From NCBI GenBank assembly GCA_963803435.1, contig CAWDML010000010.1, forward strand, positions 1-64,000: a stretch of 64,000 bases of DNA, written 5' to 3'. This DNA comes from an uncultured delta proteobacterium (GTDB lineage Bacteria; Myxococcota; Kuafuiibacteriia; Kuafuiibacteriales; Kuafuiibacteriaceae). Each line of letters opens with the position of its first letter. Positions within the stretch are counted from its first letter, which is position 1. The translations under genes were made by a program, and so were the position numbers. The notes beneath the pieces are model-generated. The model made no database searches, was not told the origin of the DNA, and was given only the letters and a program-made list of their open reading frames with translations. Positions 1 through 9,167 of the stretch are shown piece by piece.

Positions 1-787
1 TGAGGTGGTGCCAGCGGGTCAAGAGAGGCAGCGTGCCGTCGGAGATCGAGCGGGCTCCAGGACGAGCTCACTTCGATGGGGACACGTCGAGACTCGGCAT
101 GCAGCCGTCGCGTGCCACCTGGCCGGAGGCCGGCGGCGAGGCCTCCCTCCCCGGGTGCCGATCACGCATCGGAGTGGGCACGTCGCGCATTGTTGATGAG
201 GCAGCTCAGCGCACTTCCAGAGCGCGGATGACCGCGCGCGATGTCTGGCGAGGAGGGCCCGAAAAAGCGCGTCGCCGAGAAAGTGGCGCGCCGAGCTTGT
301 GCTCTCTGGCAGGACAGCTCGATGCTGCTGGGCGGCATGGCAGAGATAGACGCGCTCCCTCCGCGTGACCCGCTGGCACCACCTCAGGTCGAAGGCGGAG
401 GTGAGGGGAAGGGTCCCGAAAAGGGGGTAGTTGGGGAAGGGCGACCGCCGCTCGTGAGTGATGCCGCACTCGGGGCCCCACCTAGGCTCAACGGACTTAG
501 CGCCGCCGCCCTTGAGCCGGTCCCCTTCTGGACGCAATCCTTCCTCTAGAATTGCTAGCGCGCCACCCCACGCAACGCACCCCGAATATCCGATTTGGTC
601 GAACCGAACCGCACAGGCAGTCTGTCGCCCGTCGCCGAACCGGAGCGATCACATCCGCTCGCTTGGTCGCTCCGTCCGGTTTCGAGCGTGCGGTAGTCTT
701 GGACCTACACCTCCCACCCTCTCGCGCGCGCACCCCGCTGGCATCTCCCTTGCGGGAGCGTGGCGCACGGGAGGATTCTGGATGCGC

Positions 788-1501
788 ATGAGCACTCCGC
801 TCAAGGGGTCGCACCCCCTCGAGAACTATCCCGCTCCGCCGCCGCGGGGCGAGGACCTCCCCTACGACGACGGGGAGCCGATGGAGAGCATCCGCCACGT
901 TCGACAGATGACGCTCCTGATCGAGAGCCTCGAGACCGGTTGGCGCCACCGCCGTGACTTCTTCGTGGCGGGAACATGTTCCTCTACTTCAGCGAGACGC
1001 AGGCGAAGCACAACGACTTCCGCGGCCCCGACGTCTTCGTCGTGCTCGACACCGATCCGGCGCGCAGGCGGAAATCGTGGGTCGTCTGGGAGGAGGACGG
1101 CCGCACGCCGGACGTGGTGATCGAGCTGCTTTCCCCGAGCACCGAACACGTGGATCGGGGGAAGAAGATGGAGATCTACGCCACTATCCTCCGAGTGCCT
1201 GCGTACTATCTCTACGACCCCTGGACAACTGCTCCAGGGCTACCGTCTCGAACAAGCGATGCGCGCGTACCGCCCGCTCCCCCCCGACGCCGACGGGCTG
1301 CTGCCCTGCGCGCCGCTCGGCCTGCGGATTGGCGTGCGCGACGAAGACTGCCTCGGGATCCCCGGCCCCTGGCTCCGCTGGATCGGCGACGACGGGACCC
1401 CGCTCCCGACCAGCCGCGAGTGGGCGGCCCGCGCCGACGAGGAGAAGAGGCGCGCCGACGCCCTCGCGGCCCGGATTCTCGAGCTCGAGGAGAAGGGCTG
1501 A
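788..1501 (+). pseudogene. Uma2-family endonuclease, frameshifted mirror copy
   Basis: Split over ORFs 458-1120, 976-1809 and 1259-1501; same protein is intact at 6491-7207; indels near 970 and 1230. Confidence 0.85.
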
Positions 1502-1521
1502 TCATCGCCCCCGTTTCCGAC

Positions 1522-1855
1522 ATGCGGATGCCGAACGATTTGACCCTGACCCGGACGGCGGAGCTGTTCACCGCCCTCGCCAACGAGGCACGCCTGCGGG
1601 CGCTCGTGGCGCTCGATCGGATGGGACCGCTCTCGGTCTCCGAGCTGATGCCGCTCTGCCAGCTCGAGCAGAGCGCGCTGTCGCATCAGCTCAAGATCCT
1701 CAGGAGCGCCGGTCTGGTAGAGACCGAGCGGAGCGGGAAGAACGTGCTGTATTCGCTGAAGGATGCACGTGGTCCGCCTGCTCGAGGACGGGCTGGCGCA
1801 CGCCGGTGAGGCGGTTCCGGCGAAGAAGCGACGGAGAGCTCCGGCCGACAAATGA
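1522..1855 (+). pseudogene. ArsR/SmtB regulator, mirror copy frameshifted near 1765
   Basis: MRMPNDLTL...LFTALANEARLRAL...QSALSHQLKILR; frame breaks after YSLKDA relative to the copy at 6135-6470. Confidence 0.85.
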
Positions 1856-1924
1856 AATATTGTTCATATGATGTTGACTTCATATGAAGATGCGCTCATG
1901 ACTGCCTCCGAGGAGGGAACGGTC

Positions 1925-2515
1925 ATGAAGAACCTCATCGTCACCAGCCTGCTGGTCGCCTATCTCGCACTCGCCGTCGGAGGGCGTTCGCTCCTCCAGT
2001 ACCGCAGGACCGGATCGTTCGGCCTGAGGACTCCCAAGGGAGGCACCGCCGCGTGGCTCGGTGGTTCACTCCTGCTGGTGGGCGTGGCCGCGATGGCGCT
2101 GGCCGCGACCCTCGACGAGGCTCCGCCCGCGCCGCTCATGGATCTCGCCGGCGCGCTCCTGCTGGCGGTCGGCTTCGCCGGGACGCTCCACAGCCAGCTC
2201 GTCATGGGCGACGCCTGGCGCATCGGCGTCGACGAAGCGGAGAAGACCTCGCTGATCGTACGGGGTCCGTTCCGCTGGGTGCGGAACCCGATCTTCGCCT
2301 CGATGATCGCGATCGCGATCGGCGTGCTGCTGCTCATCCCGGGCCTCTTCGCGCTCACCGGCGCGGTGGCGATGATCGCGGGCCTCGAGATCCACGTCCG
2401 CCTCGTCGAGGAGCCGCACCTGGTCCGAACCTTCGGATCCGAGTACCTCGCGTACGCCGCGCGCGTGGGTCGCTTCATCCCGGGCCTTGGGCGCACCCCG
2501 GCCCGCTGCTCATGA
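1925..2515 (+). CDS. Isoprenylcysteine carboxyl methyltransferase (ICMT/PEMT)-family membrane protein; the intact copy
   Basis: Hydrophobic helices plus LIVRGPFRWVRNPIF and EEPHL...FGSEYLAYAARVGRFIP motifs; RBS GAGGAGG upstream. Confidence 0.9.
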   Translation: MKNLIVTSLLVAYLALAVGGRSLLQYRRTGSFGLRTPKGGTAAWLGGSLLLVGVAAMALAATLDEAPPAPLMDLAGALLLAVGFAGTLHSQLVMGDAWRIGVDEAEKTSLIVRGPFRWVRNPIFASMIAIAIGVLLLIPGLFALTGAVAMIAGLEIHVRLVEEPHLVRTFGSEYLAYAARVGRFIPGLGRTPARCS

Positions 2516-3812
2516 TCGGCGGCGGAGATTGACCGTCGCCTCGTCTCCCGGCAGCATCCTCCGGATCAGCTCGGCCAGCTTGGCGCCGTCGTGCCGGACC
2601 AGGTCCGCAGGGTGCGCGATGTCCGCCACGATCAGCTCGGCCCGGCGGTCCCCTCGAGGCCGCCGGTGACCGGGGCCTGACCGAGCCGGGCGTACGCGGT
2701 GAGGTTCGCCTGGGAGAGCGCGGTGTTGGAGACGATGACCGCGTCGAGGCGATCCGCCCCCAGGTAGCGCACCACCTCCCGCACGTGGTCCGCCACCGAG
2801 TAGCCGGTGGTCTCGCCCGGCTTGGTCATGACGTTCGCGATGTAGACCACCTTCGCGCGCGAGGCCCGGATCGCGCCGGCGACGTCGGAGACCGTCAGAT
2901 TGGCGAGGACGCTGGTGTAGAGATCGCCCGGTCCGATCGTGATGATGTCGGCGGCCAGGATCGCCGCGTAGGTGTCGAGGTCGCACGCCGGCTGCGGCTC
3001 CTGCCAGAGGCGGGCGATGCGCAGGTCGGGGGATCGGTTCTCGCAGCGGTCGATCGCGCTCTCGCCCCGGACGACGGTGCCGTCCTCCAGTCGGCACAGA
3101 GCGTGGCCGAGTCTCGGGAGGCGCAGAGCACCACGCCGGAGATGTGGAGGATGTCGCCGAGCGCGCGCACAGCGTCGGGGAGCCAGCCGGTCAGCTCGGA
3201 GAGCGCGGTCAGGATATTGCCCAGGCGGCGCCCGGTGACACCTTCCCCGCGCCGAAGCGATACTGGATCACGTCGCTCATCAGGCGCGGCGCGTCCGAGA
3301 GCGCCACCAGGCTCCGCCGCACGTCGCCCGGCGGGAGGATGCCGAACTCGGCGCGCAGCCGTCCGGAGGAATCGCCGTCGTCCGCCATCGCCACCACGGC
3401 CGTGAGGTGGGCCGCCGGGAGGGACTTGAGCCCGCGGAGCAGGTGATAGAGCCCGGTGCCGCCGCCCAGCGAGCGACTCGCCCCTTCCGCTTGAGGACCG
3501 CCTGGAGCCGGACGATCACCTTGCGGGGAAGGATCGGTGGAGGAAGAGGTCGGAGGCCCCCGCTTCGATCCAGGCACGCGCGCGATCCCGCGAGCGGAGC
3601 GCGTCGCCACCAGGTACCGCGCACCGACAGCCGCGTCCGGATCGCCGCGAGCGCGCTGTCGTCCAGGCCGTCGTCGTCGACCAGGACAGCGCGGGCGAAC
3701 GGATCGAGCCGAAGTGCTTCGAAGCGAGCCCGAGCGCAAAGCCGGTCTGTCGGAGGGCGCCCGGGCGAGGTCCGAGCGCGAAGAGGTGGTCAGGAGCTGG
3801 AAAGGTTCTCCA
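2510..3812 (-). pseudogene. yvcK: YvcK/GlmR (UPF0052, CofD-related) protein, frameshifted mirror copy
   Basis: Fragments SLGGGTGLYHLLRGLK, VVAMADDGDSSGRLRAEFGILPPGDVRRSLVALS and VYIANVMTKPGETTGYSVADHV lie in different frames. Confidence 0.8.
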
Positions 3813-4189
3813 CGTGCCCGCTTGGGGATTATGGCCCAACGCCGGGCAGACGGAAGAAAGGAGGGCTCACGCCTCACGTCGATTCGAAGTGAGGGGTGAG
3901 GAGCTCGGTGTGTCTACATGTCGCCCGGCAGGCTCCGCTGACCGTCTCGTCGACGAAGAACGGCGCGCACGTCGAGGTCGCCGAGACGACCGCACAGCCC
4001 ACCCTGCGGACTGAGCTGCTTTCTCGGTGACCTCGACGTGCGCGCCGTTCTTCGTCGACGAGACGCTGGGCGCCTGCGGCGACATGTAGACACACCGAGC
4101 TCCTCACGCCTCACTTCGAATCGACGTGAGGCGTGAGCCCTCCTTTCTTCCGTCTGCCCGGCGTTGGGCCATAATCCCCAAGCGGCAGC

Positions 4190-5520
4190 ATGGAGAACCT
4201 CCAGCTCCTGACCACCTCTTCGCGCTCGGACCTCGCGGGCGCGCTCCGACAGACCGGCTTTGCGCTCGGGCTCGCTCCGAGCGCTGCGGAGCTCGATCCG
4301 TTCGCCCGCGCTGTCCTGGTCGACGACGACGGCCTGGACGACAGCGCGCTCGCGGCGATCCGGACGCGGCTGAAGAACTTCGGTGCGCGGTACCTGGTGG
4401 CGACGCGCTCCCGCTCGCGGGATATCCGCGTGCCTGGATTTGAAGCGGGGGCCTCCGACCTCTTCCTCCAGCCGTCTCCCTTCCCCGGCGAGGTGATTGT
4501 CCGGCTCCAGGCGGTCCTCAAGGCGGAAGGGGCGAGTCGTCTCGCTGGGCGGCGGCACCGGGCTCTATCACCTGCTCCGCGGGCTCAAGTCCCTCCCGGC
4601 GGCCCACCTCACGGCCGTGGTGGCGATGGCGGACGACGGCGATTCCTCCGGACGGCTGCGCGCCGAGTTCGGCATCCTCCCGCCGGGCGACGTGCGGCGA
4701 AGCCTGGTGGCGCTCTCGGACGCGGCGCGCCTGATGAGCGACGTGGCCAGTATCGCTTCGGCGCGGCGCGAAGGTCTCACTGGGACAGCCTGGGCAACCG
4801 ATCCTGACCGCGCTCTCGAGCCGACCCGCCCGCCCCCGACGCTGGGCGCGCTCGGCGACATCCTCCACATCTCCGGCGTGGCGCTCTGCGCCTCCAGAGA
4901 CTCGGCCACGCTCGGTGCCGAGCTGGAGGACGACGCCGTCTCCGGGGCGAGAGCGCGATTGACCGCTGCGAGAACCGATCCCCCGACCTGCGCATCGCCC
5001 GCCTCTGGCAGGAGCCGAGCCGGCGTGCGACCTCGACACCTACGCCGACCCGGCCGCCACATCATCACGATTGGACTGGGCGATCTCACATGAGCGTCCT
5101 CGCCAATCTACGGTCTCCGACGTCGCCGGCGCCATACGGGCCTCGGCGCGCGGAGGTTGACTTAATTGCGAACGTCATGACGAGCCGGGCGAGACCACGG
5201 CGACTCGGTGGCGGACCACGTGCGGGAGGTGGTGCGCCACCTGGGCGGGATCGCCTTGACGCGGTCATCGTCTTCGAGACCGCGCTCTCCCAGGCGAAAC
5301 TCACCGCGTACGCCGGGCTCGGTCAGGCCCCGGTCACCGGCGGCCTCGAGGGGACCAGCCGGGCCGAGCTGATTGTGGCGGACATCGCGACCCTGCGGAC
5401 CTGGTCCGGCACGACGGCGCCAAGCTGGCCGAGCGATCCGGAGGACGCCGCCCGGAGACGAGGCGACGAACGATTTCCGCCGCCCATCATGAGCAGCGGG
5501 CCGGGGTGAAGGCCCGGGAT
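4190..5520 (+). pseudogene. yvcK: YvcK/GlmR-family protein with N-terminal receiver-like domain; frameshifts probably sequence error; 3' end approximate
   Basis: ORF 4190 (VLVDDD...EAGASDLFLQP..FPGEVIVRLQAVLK) continues by frameshift into GRVVSLGGGTGL...ADDGDSSGRLR. Confidence 0.8.
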
Positions 5521-6065
5521 GAAGCGACCACGCGCGCGGCGTACGCGAGGTACTCGGATTCGAAGGTTCGGACGAGGCGCGGCTCCTCGACGAGGCGGAC
5601 GCCGATTTCGAGGCCCGCGATCATCGCTATGGCGCCGGGGAGCGCGAAGCGGCCCGGGATGAGCAGCAGGACGCCGATCGCGATCGCGATCATCGAGGCG
5701 AAGATCGGGTTCCACGCAGCGGAACGGAACCCGGACGATCAGCGAGGTCTTCTCCGCTTCGTCGACGCTGATGCGCCAGGCGTCGCCGACGACGAGCGGC
5801 TGTGGAGCGTCCGGCGAAGCCGACCGCCAGCAGGAGCGCGCCGGCGATATCGATGAGCGGCGCGGGCGGAGCCTCGTCGAGGTCGCGGCGAGCGCCATCG
5901 CGGCCATGCCGACGAGCAGGAGTGAACCACTGAGCCACGCGGCGGCGCTCCCTTGGGAGTCCTCAGGCCGAACGATCCGGTCCTGCGGTACTGGAGGAGC
6001 GAACGCCCTCCGACGGCGAGTGCGAGATAGGCGACCAGCAGGCTGGTGACGATGAGGTTCTTCAT
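5487..6065 (-). pseudogene. ICMT-family methyltransferase, frameshifted copy
   Basis: Mirror of 1925-2515 broken into ORFs 5739-6122, 5323-5907 and 5487-5693. Confidence 0.85.
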
Positions 6066-6090
6066 GACCGTTCCCTCCTCGGAGGCAGTC

Positions 6091-6138
6091 ATGAGCGCAT
6101 CTTCATATGAAGTCAACATCATATGAACAATATTTCAT
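6091..6138. promoter_or_regulatory. Three abutting SmtB/CzrA-type operator boxes (ATGA-N8-TCAT, 16-bp period); mirror at ~1852-1899
   Basis: ATGAGCGCATCTTCAT, ATGAAGTCAACATCAT, ATGAACAATATTTCAT; AT-rich island between the ArsR stop and the ICMT start; resembles the TGAA-N6-TTCA core of SmtB/CzrA operators. Confidence 0.75.
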
Positions 6139-6470
6139 TTGTCGGCCGGAGCTCTCCGTCGCTTCTTCGCCGGAACCGCCTCACCGGCGTGCGCCAGCCC
6201 GTCCTCGAGCAGGCGGACCACGTGGGCATCCTTCAGCGAATACAGCACGTTCTTCCCGCTCCGCTCGGTCTCGACCAGACCGGCGCTCCTGAGGATCTCT
6301 AGCTGATGCGACAGCGCGCTCTGCTCGAGCTGGCAGAGCGGCATCAGCTCGGAGACCGAGAGCGGTCCCATCCGATCGAGCGCCACGAGCGCCCGCAGGC
6401 GTGCCTCGTTGGCGAGGGCGGTGAACAGCTCCGCCGTCCGGGTCAGGGTCAGATCGTTCGGCATCCGCAT
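6135..6470 (-). CDS. ArsR/SmtB-family metalloregulator with alpha5 metal site
   Basis: wHTH motifs LFTALANEARL and QSALSHQLEILRSAGLVETERSGKNVLYSL; C-terminal DAHVVRLLEDGLAHAGE matches D-x-H-x10-H-x2-E. Confidence 0.92.
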   Translation of the reverse strand: MRMPNDLTLTRTAELFTALANEARLRALVALDRMGPLSVSELMPLCQLEQSALSHQLEILRSAGLVETERSGKNVLYSLKDAHVVRLLEDGLAHAGEAVPAKKRRRAPADK

Positions 6471-6490
6471 GTCGGAAACGGGGGCGATGA

Positions 6491-7207
6491 TCAGCCCTTC
6501 TCCTCGAGCTCGAGAATCCGGGCCGCGAGGGCGTCGGCGCGCCTCTTCTCCTCGTCGGCGCGGGCCGCCCACTCGCGGCTGGTCGGGAGCGGGGTCCCGT
6601 CGTCGCCGATCCAGCGGAGCCAGGGGCCGGGGATCCCGAGGCAGTCTTCGTCGCGCACGCCGATCCGCAGGCCGAGCGGCGCGCAGGGCAGCAGCCCGTC
6701 GGCGTCGGGGGGGAGCGGGCGGTACGCGCGCATCGCTTGTTCGAGACGGTAGCCCTCGAGCAGGTGCGTCCAGGGGTCGTAGAGATAGTACGCAGGCACT
6801 CGGAGGATAGTGGCGTAGATCTCCATCTTCTTCCCCCGATCCACGTGTTCGGTGCTCGGGGAAAGCAGCTCGATCACCACGTCCGGCGTGCGGCCGTCCT
6901 CCTCCCAGACGACCCACGATCTCCGCCTGCGCGCCGGATCCGTGTCGAGCACGACGAAGACGTCGGGGCCGCGGAAGTCGTTGTGCTTCGCCTGCGTCTC
7001 GCTGAAGTAGAGGAACATGTTCCCGCCGACGAAGAAGTCACGGCGGTGGCGCCAACCGGTCTCGAGGCTCTCGATCAGGAGCGTCATCTGTCGAACGTGG
7101 CGGATGCTCTCCATCGGCTCCCCGTCGTCGTAGGGGAGGTCCTCGCCCCGCGGCGGCGGAGCGGGATAGTTCTCGAGGGGGTGCGACCCCTTGAGCGGAG
7201 TGCTCAT
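6491..7207 (-). CDS. Uma2 (DUF820)-family PD-(D/E)XK endonuclease
   Basis: DLPYDDGEPMES, GPDVFVV, PDVVIELLSPST...D...K..IY, EEKRRADALAARILELE; typical of the cyanobacterial/myxobacterial Uma2 family. Confidence 0.92.
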   Translation of the reverse strand: MSTPLKGSHPLENYPAPPPRGEDLPYDDGEPMESIRHVRQMTLLIESLETGWRHRRDFFVGGNMFLYFSETQAKHNDFRGPDVFVVLDTDPARRRRSWVVWEEDGRTPDVVIELLSPSTEHVDRGKKMEIYATILRVPAYYLYDPWTHLLEGYRLEQAMRAYRPLPPDADGLLPCAPLGLRIGVRDEDCLGIPGPWLRWIGDDGTPLPTSREWAARADEEKRRADALAARILELEEKG

Positions 7208-7396
7208 GCGCATCCAGAATCCTCCCGTGCGCCACGCTCCGCAAGGGAGATGCCAGCGGTGCGCGCGGGCGAAAAGGTGGAATGTCCGTCCGACTTCCGG
7301 ACACGCTCGAAAACCGGACGGACGACCAAGCGAGCGGGGTGTGATCACTCCGGTTCGGCAACAGGCGACGAGACTGCCTGTGCGGTTCGGTTCGGC

Positions 7397-7632
7397 CGAT
7401 CGGATCTGGGTGCGTTGCGTTGGGGTGGCGCGCTCGGCTCCCGGCGAGAGGAAGGATTGCGTCCAGGGGGACCGGCTCAAGGGCGGCAGCGCTTCGAGAG
7501 ACGGTCGTTGAGCCTAGGTGGGGCCCCGAGTGCGGCATCACTCACGAGCGGCGGTCGCCTTTCCCCAACTTCCCCCTGGACACAACCCTTCCCCTCGCCT
7601 CCGCCTTCGACCTGAGGTGGTGCCAGCGGGTC
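7397..7632. repeat. ~235-bp inverted repeat, copy A (pairs with 7991-8228)
   Basis: Near-identical reverse complement of 7991-8228; ~358-bp unique spacer between the copies. Confidence 0.9.
7443..7599 (-). ncRNA. Candidate structured ncRNA, copy A (~157 nt)
   Basis: 29-bp terminal stem (7571-7599 with 7443-7471) whose 3 mismatches are all G-U on the minus strand; internal stems GAGTG/CACTC, GGCTCA/TGAGCC, TGGGG/CCCCA. Confidence 0.5.
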
Positions 7633-7990
7633 ACGAGGAGGGAGCGCGTCTATCTCTGCCATGCCGCCCAGCGGCGTCGAGCTGTCCTGCCAGAGAGCAC
7701 AAGCTCGGCGCGCCACTTTCTCGGCGACGCGCTTCGGGCCCTCCTCGCCAGACATCGCGCGCGGTCATCCGCGCTCTGGAAGTGCGCTGAGCTGCCTCAT
7801 CAACAATGCGCGACGCGCCCACTCCGATTGTGATCGGCGCCGAGGGAGGCCTCGCCGCCGGCCTGCGGCCAGGTGGCACGCGACGGCTGCATGCCGATTC
7901 CTACGTGTCCCATCGAAGTGAGCTCGTCCTGGAGCCCGCTCGAGAAGAGGAGAGCCGACTCTCCGATACCAACGGCGCGCTCCGTTCTCT

Positions 7991-8228
7991 TGACCCGCTG
8001 GCACCACCTCAGGTCGAAGGCGGAGGCGAGGGGGAAGGGTTGTGTCCAGGGGGAAGTTGGGGGAAGGCGACCGCCGCTCGTGAGTGATGCCGCACTCGGG
8101 GCCCCACCTAGGCTCACCGACCGTCTCCCGAAGCGCTGCCGCCCTTGAGCCGGTCCCCCTGGACGCAATCCTTCCTCTCGCCGGGAGCCGAGCGCGCCAC
8201 CCCGGCGCAACGCACCCAGATCCGATCG
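7991..8228. repeat. ~235-bp inverted repeat, copy B
   Basis: TGACCCGCTGGCACCACCTCAGG...CACCCAGATCCGATCG; reverse complement of copy A. Confidence 0.9.
8025..8182 (+). ncRNA. Candidate structured ncRNA, copy B (~158 nt)
   Basis: GGCGAGGGGGAAGGGTTGTGTCCAGGGGGA (8025-8054) pairs with TCCCCCTGGACGCAATCCTTCCTCTCGCC (8154-8182); TTGACC -35-like hexamer at 7990-7995. Confidence 0.5.
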
Positions 8229-8240
8229 ACCCCGGTCTAG

Positions 8241-9167
8241 GAGCGTGTAGCGCGTAAGCGCTCACGCGACCCCGGTCCGGGTCCCGGTCCCGTTCCGGGT
8301 CCCGATTTGAAGATGGCTGCCTTGAGTCAGACGGTCGCGACGGTCGCGAGCTTCAATCGGTAGAGCTTGAGCAGGTTGTGGGTGAGGCAGACGAGCGTCC
8401 CCTCGGCTCGTACCTTGAAGAAGGAGCGGAGCGAGAACCGGCGGAATCCTCGTGCCGCTTTGATTTGTCCGAGCGCCGGTTCGACGATACTCTTCCTGCG
8501 GGGGTAGACCGCCTTGCCGTCGCGCGTTTGCAACTTGTCTCGCATTCGCTTGCGAGCGAGCGAGGCAGGTGTGGGCTCCGAAGCTGATGAGGACGGAGTC
8601 GACGCGTCTTGGTTCTGTTCGCGTCCAACAGCGATGTGGGCATCGATCTGATTGTTGTCGCAGAATTCGATGTTGGTCGCGCTCAGATAGCCGTTGTCTG
8701 CCGTCATCTTCCGCGGAGCATCGCCGCAGTTGCCGAACACATCACGGAGCATCGGGACGAGGTGTTGCTGATCAGGTGCCTGGTTGCTGACCCCTTCGGC
8801 GACAATCACCTGAGCGTGCTCATCTACGACAACTTGGGCATTGTAGGCCTGGAGGTACGCTCCATCCTTCAACATGATCCTGCTGTCTGAGTCGGTGAAG
8901 TTCCTCTGAGCGTTGGGCCTCGGTGTGCCGTCCACATTTGCAGGAACGCGATGATGCGGCCATCCATCCATCATTTCGTTCAGTCGGGTCTGGGGATGGT
9001 TCGAGCTGGTCAGCCTGCGCTCTTGCCTTCTCGGCTCGAGTTCTCGCTCGCTTCTGCTCCACCCAATCCACAAGAGCATCATCCGCTTTGCTCTGCTGCT
9101 CTTCGGCTTGCCTGCGCAATTTCTCCGCGCGAGCCGGGCTCGCGGTAGCGCTACGCGCTACACGCTC
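8241..9167 (-). mobile_element. Internally deleted IS1182-family element with terminal inverted repeats, flanked by CTAG
   Basis: CTAG-GAGCGTGTAGCGCGTA at 8237-8256 and its reverse complement at 9152-9171; visibly lower GC; transposase remnant inside. Confidence 0.88.
8327..9130 (-). pseudogene. IS1182-family DDE transposase remnant (N-terminus missing, frameshifted)
   Basis: NFTDSDSRIM...QAYNAQ, ADNGYLS, RRKSIVEPALGQIK..RGFRRFSLR, HNLLKL motifs. Confidence 0.9.

Larger units (their letters stand above)
1..3986. repeat. Left arm of ~4 kb imperfect inverted repeat (mirror of 4022-8011)
   Basis: 1-25 TGAGGTGGTGCCAGCGGGTCAAGAG is the reverse complement of 7987-8011; 3940-3986 mirrors 4022-4068; all genes recur in opposite orientation. 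Confidence 0.97.
4022..8011. repeat. Right arm of ~4 kb imperfect inverted repeat
   Basis: Reverse complement of 1-3986 with many small indels and substitutions; 35-nt non-mirrored spacer at 3987-4021. Confidence 0.97.

Noticed and set aside
7477-7755. Short ORF MSGEEGPKR... (mirror 241-549)
   Set aside because: No recognisable motif, it runs into the structured repeat, and its C-terminus differs between copies
7633-7990. Invertible switch between the two 235-bp inverted repeats
   Set aside because: No recombinase nearby, and the mirror copy (~25-365) shows the same relative orientation, so there is no sign of flipping
1-8011. Divergence between the palindrome arms as diversity-generating retroelement activity or hypermutation
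   Set aside because: Differences are mostly small indels and dropouts, not adenine-specific substitutions, and no reverse transcriptase is present; this fits read error
8025-8182. Identification of the structured element as 6S, SRP, tmRNA, RNase P or tRNA
   Set aside because: I could not find the diagnostic motifs (SRP GGAA loop with AGCAG, tRNA T-loop GTTCGA, tmRNA ends); left unassigned
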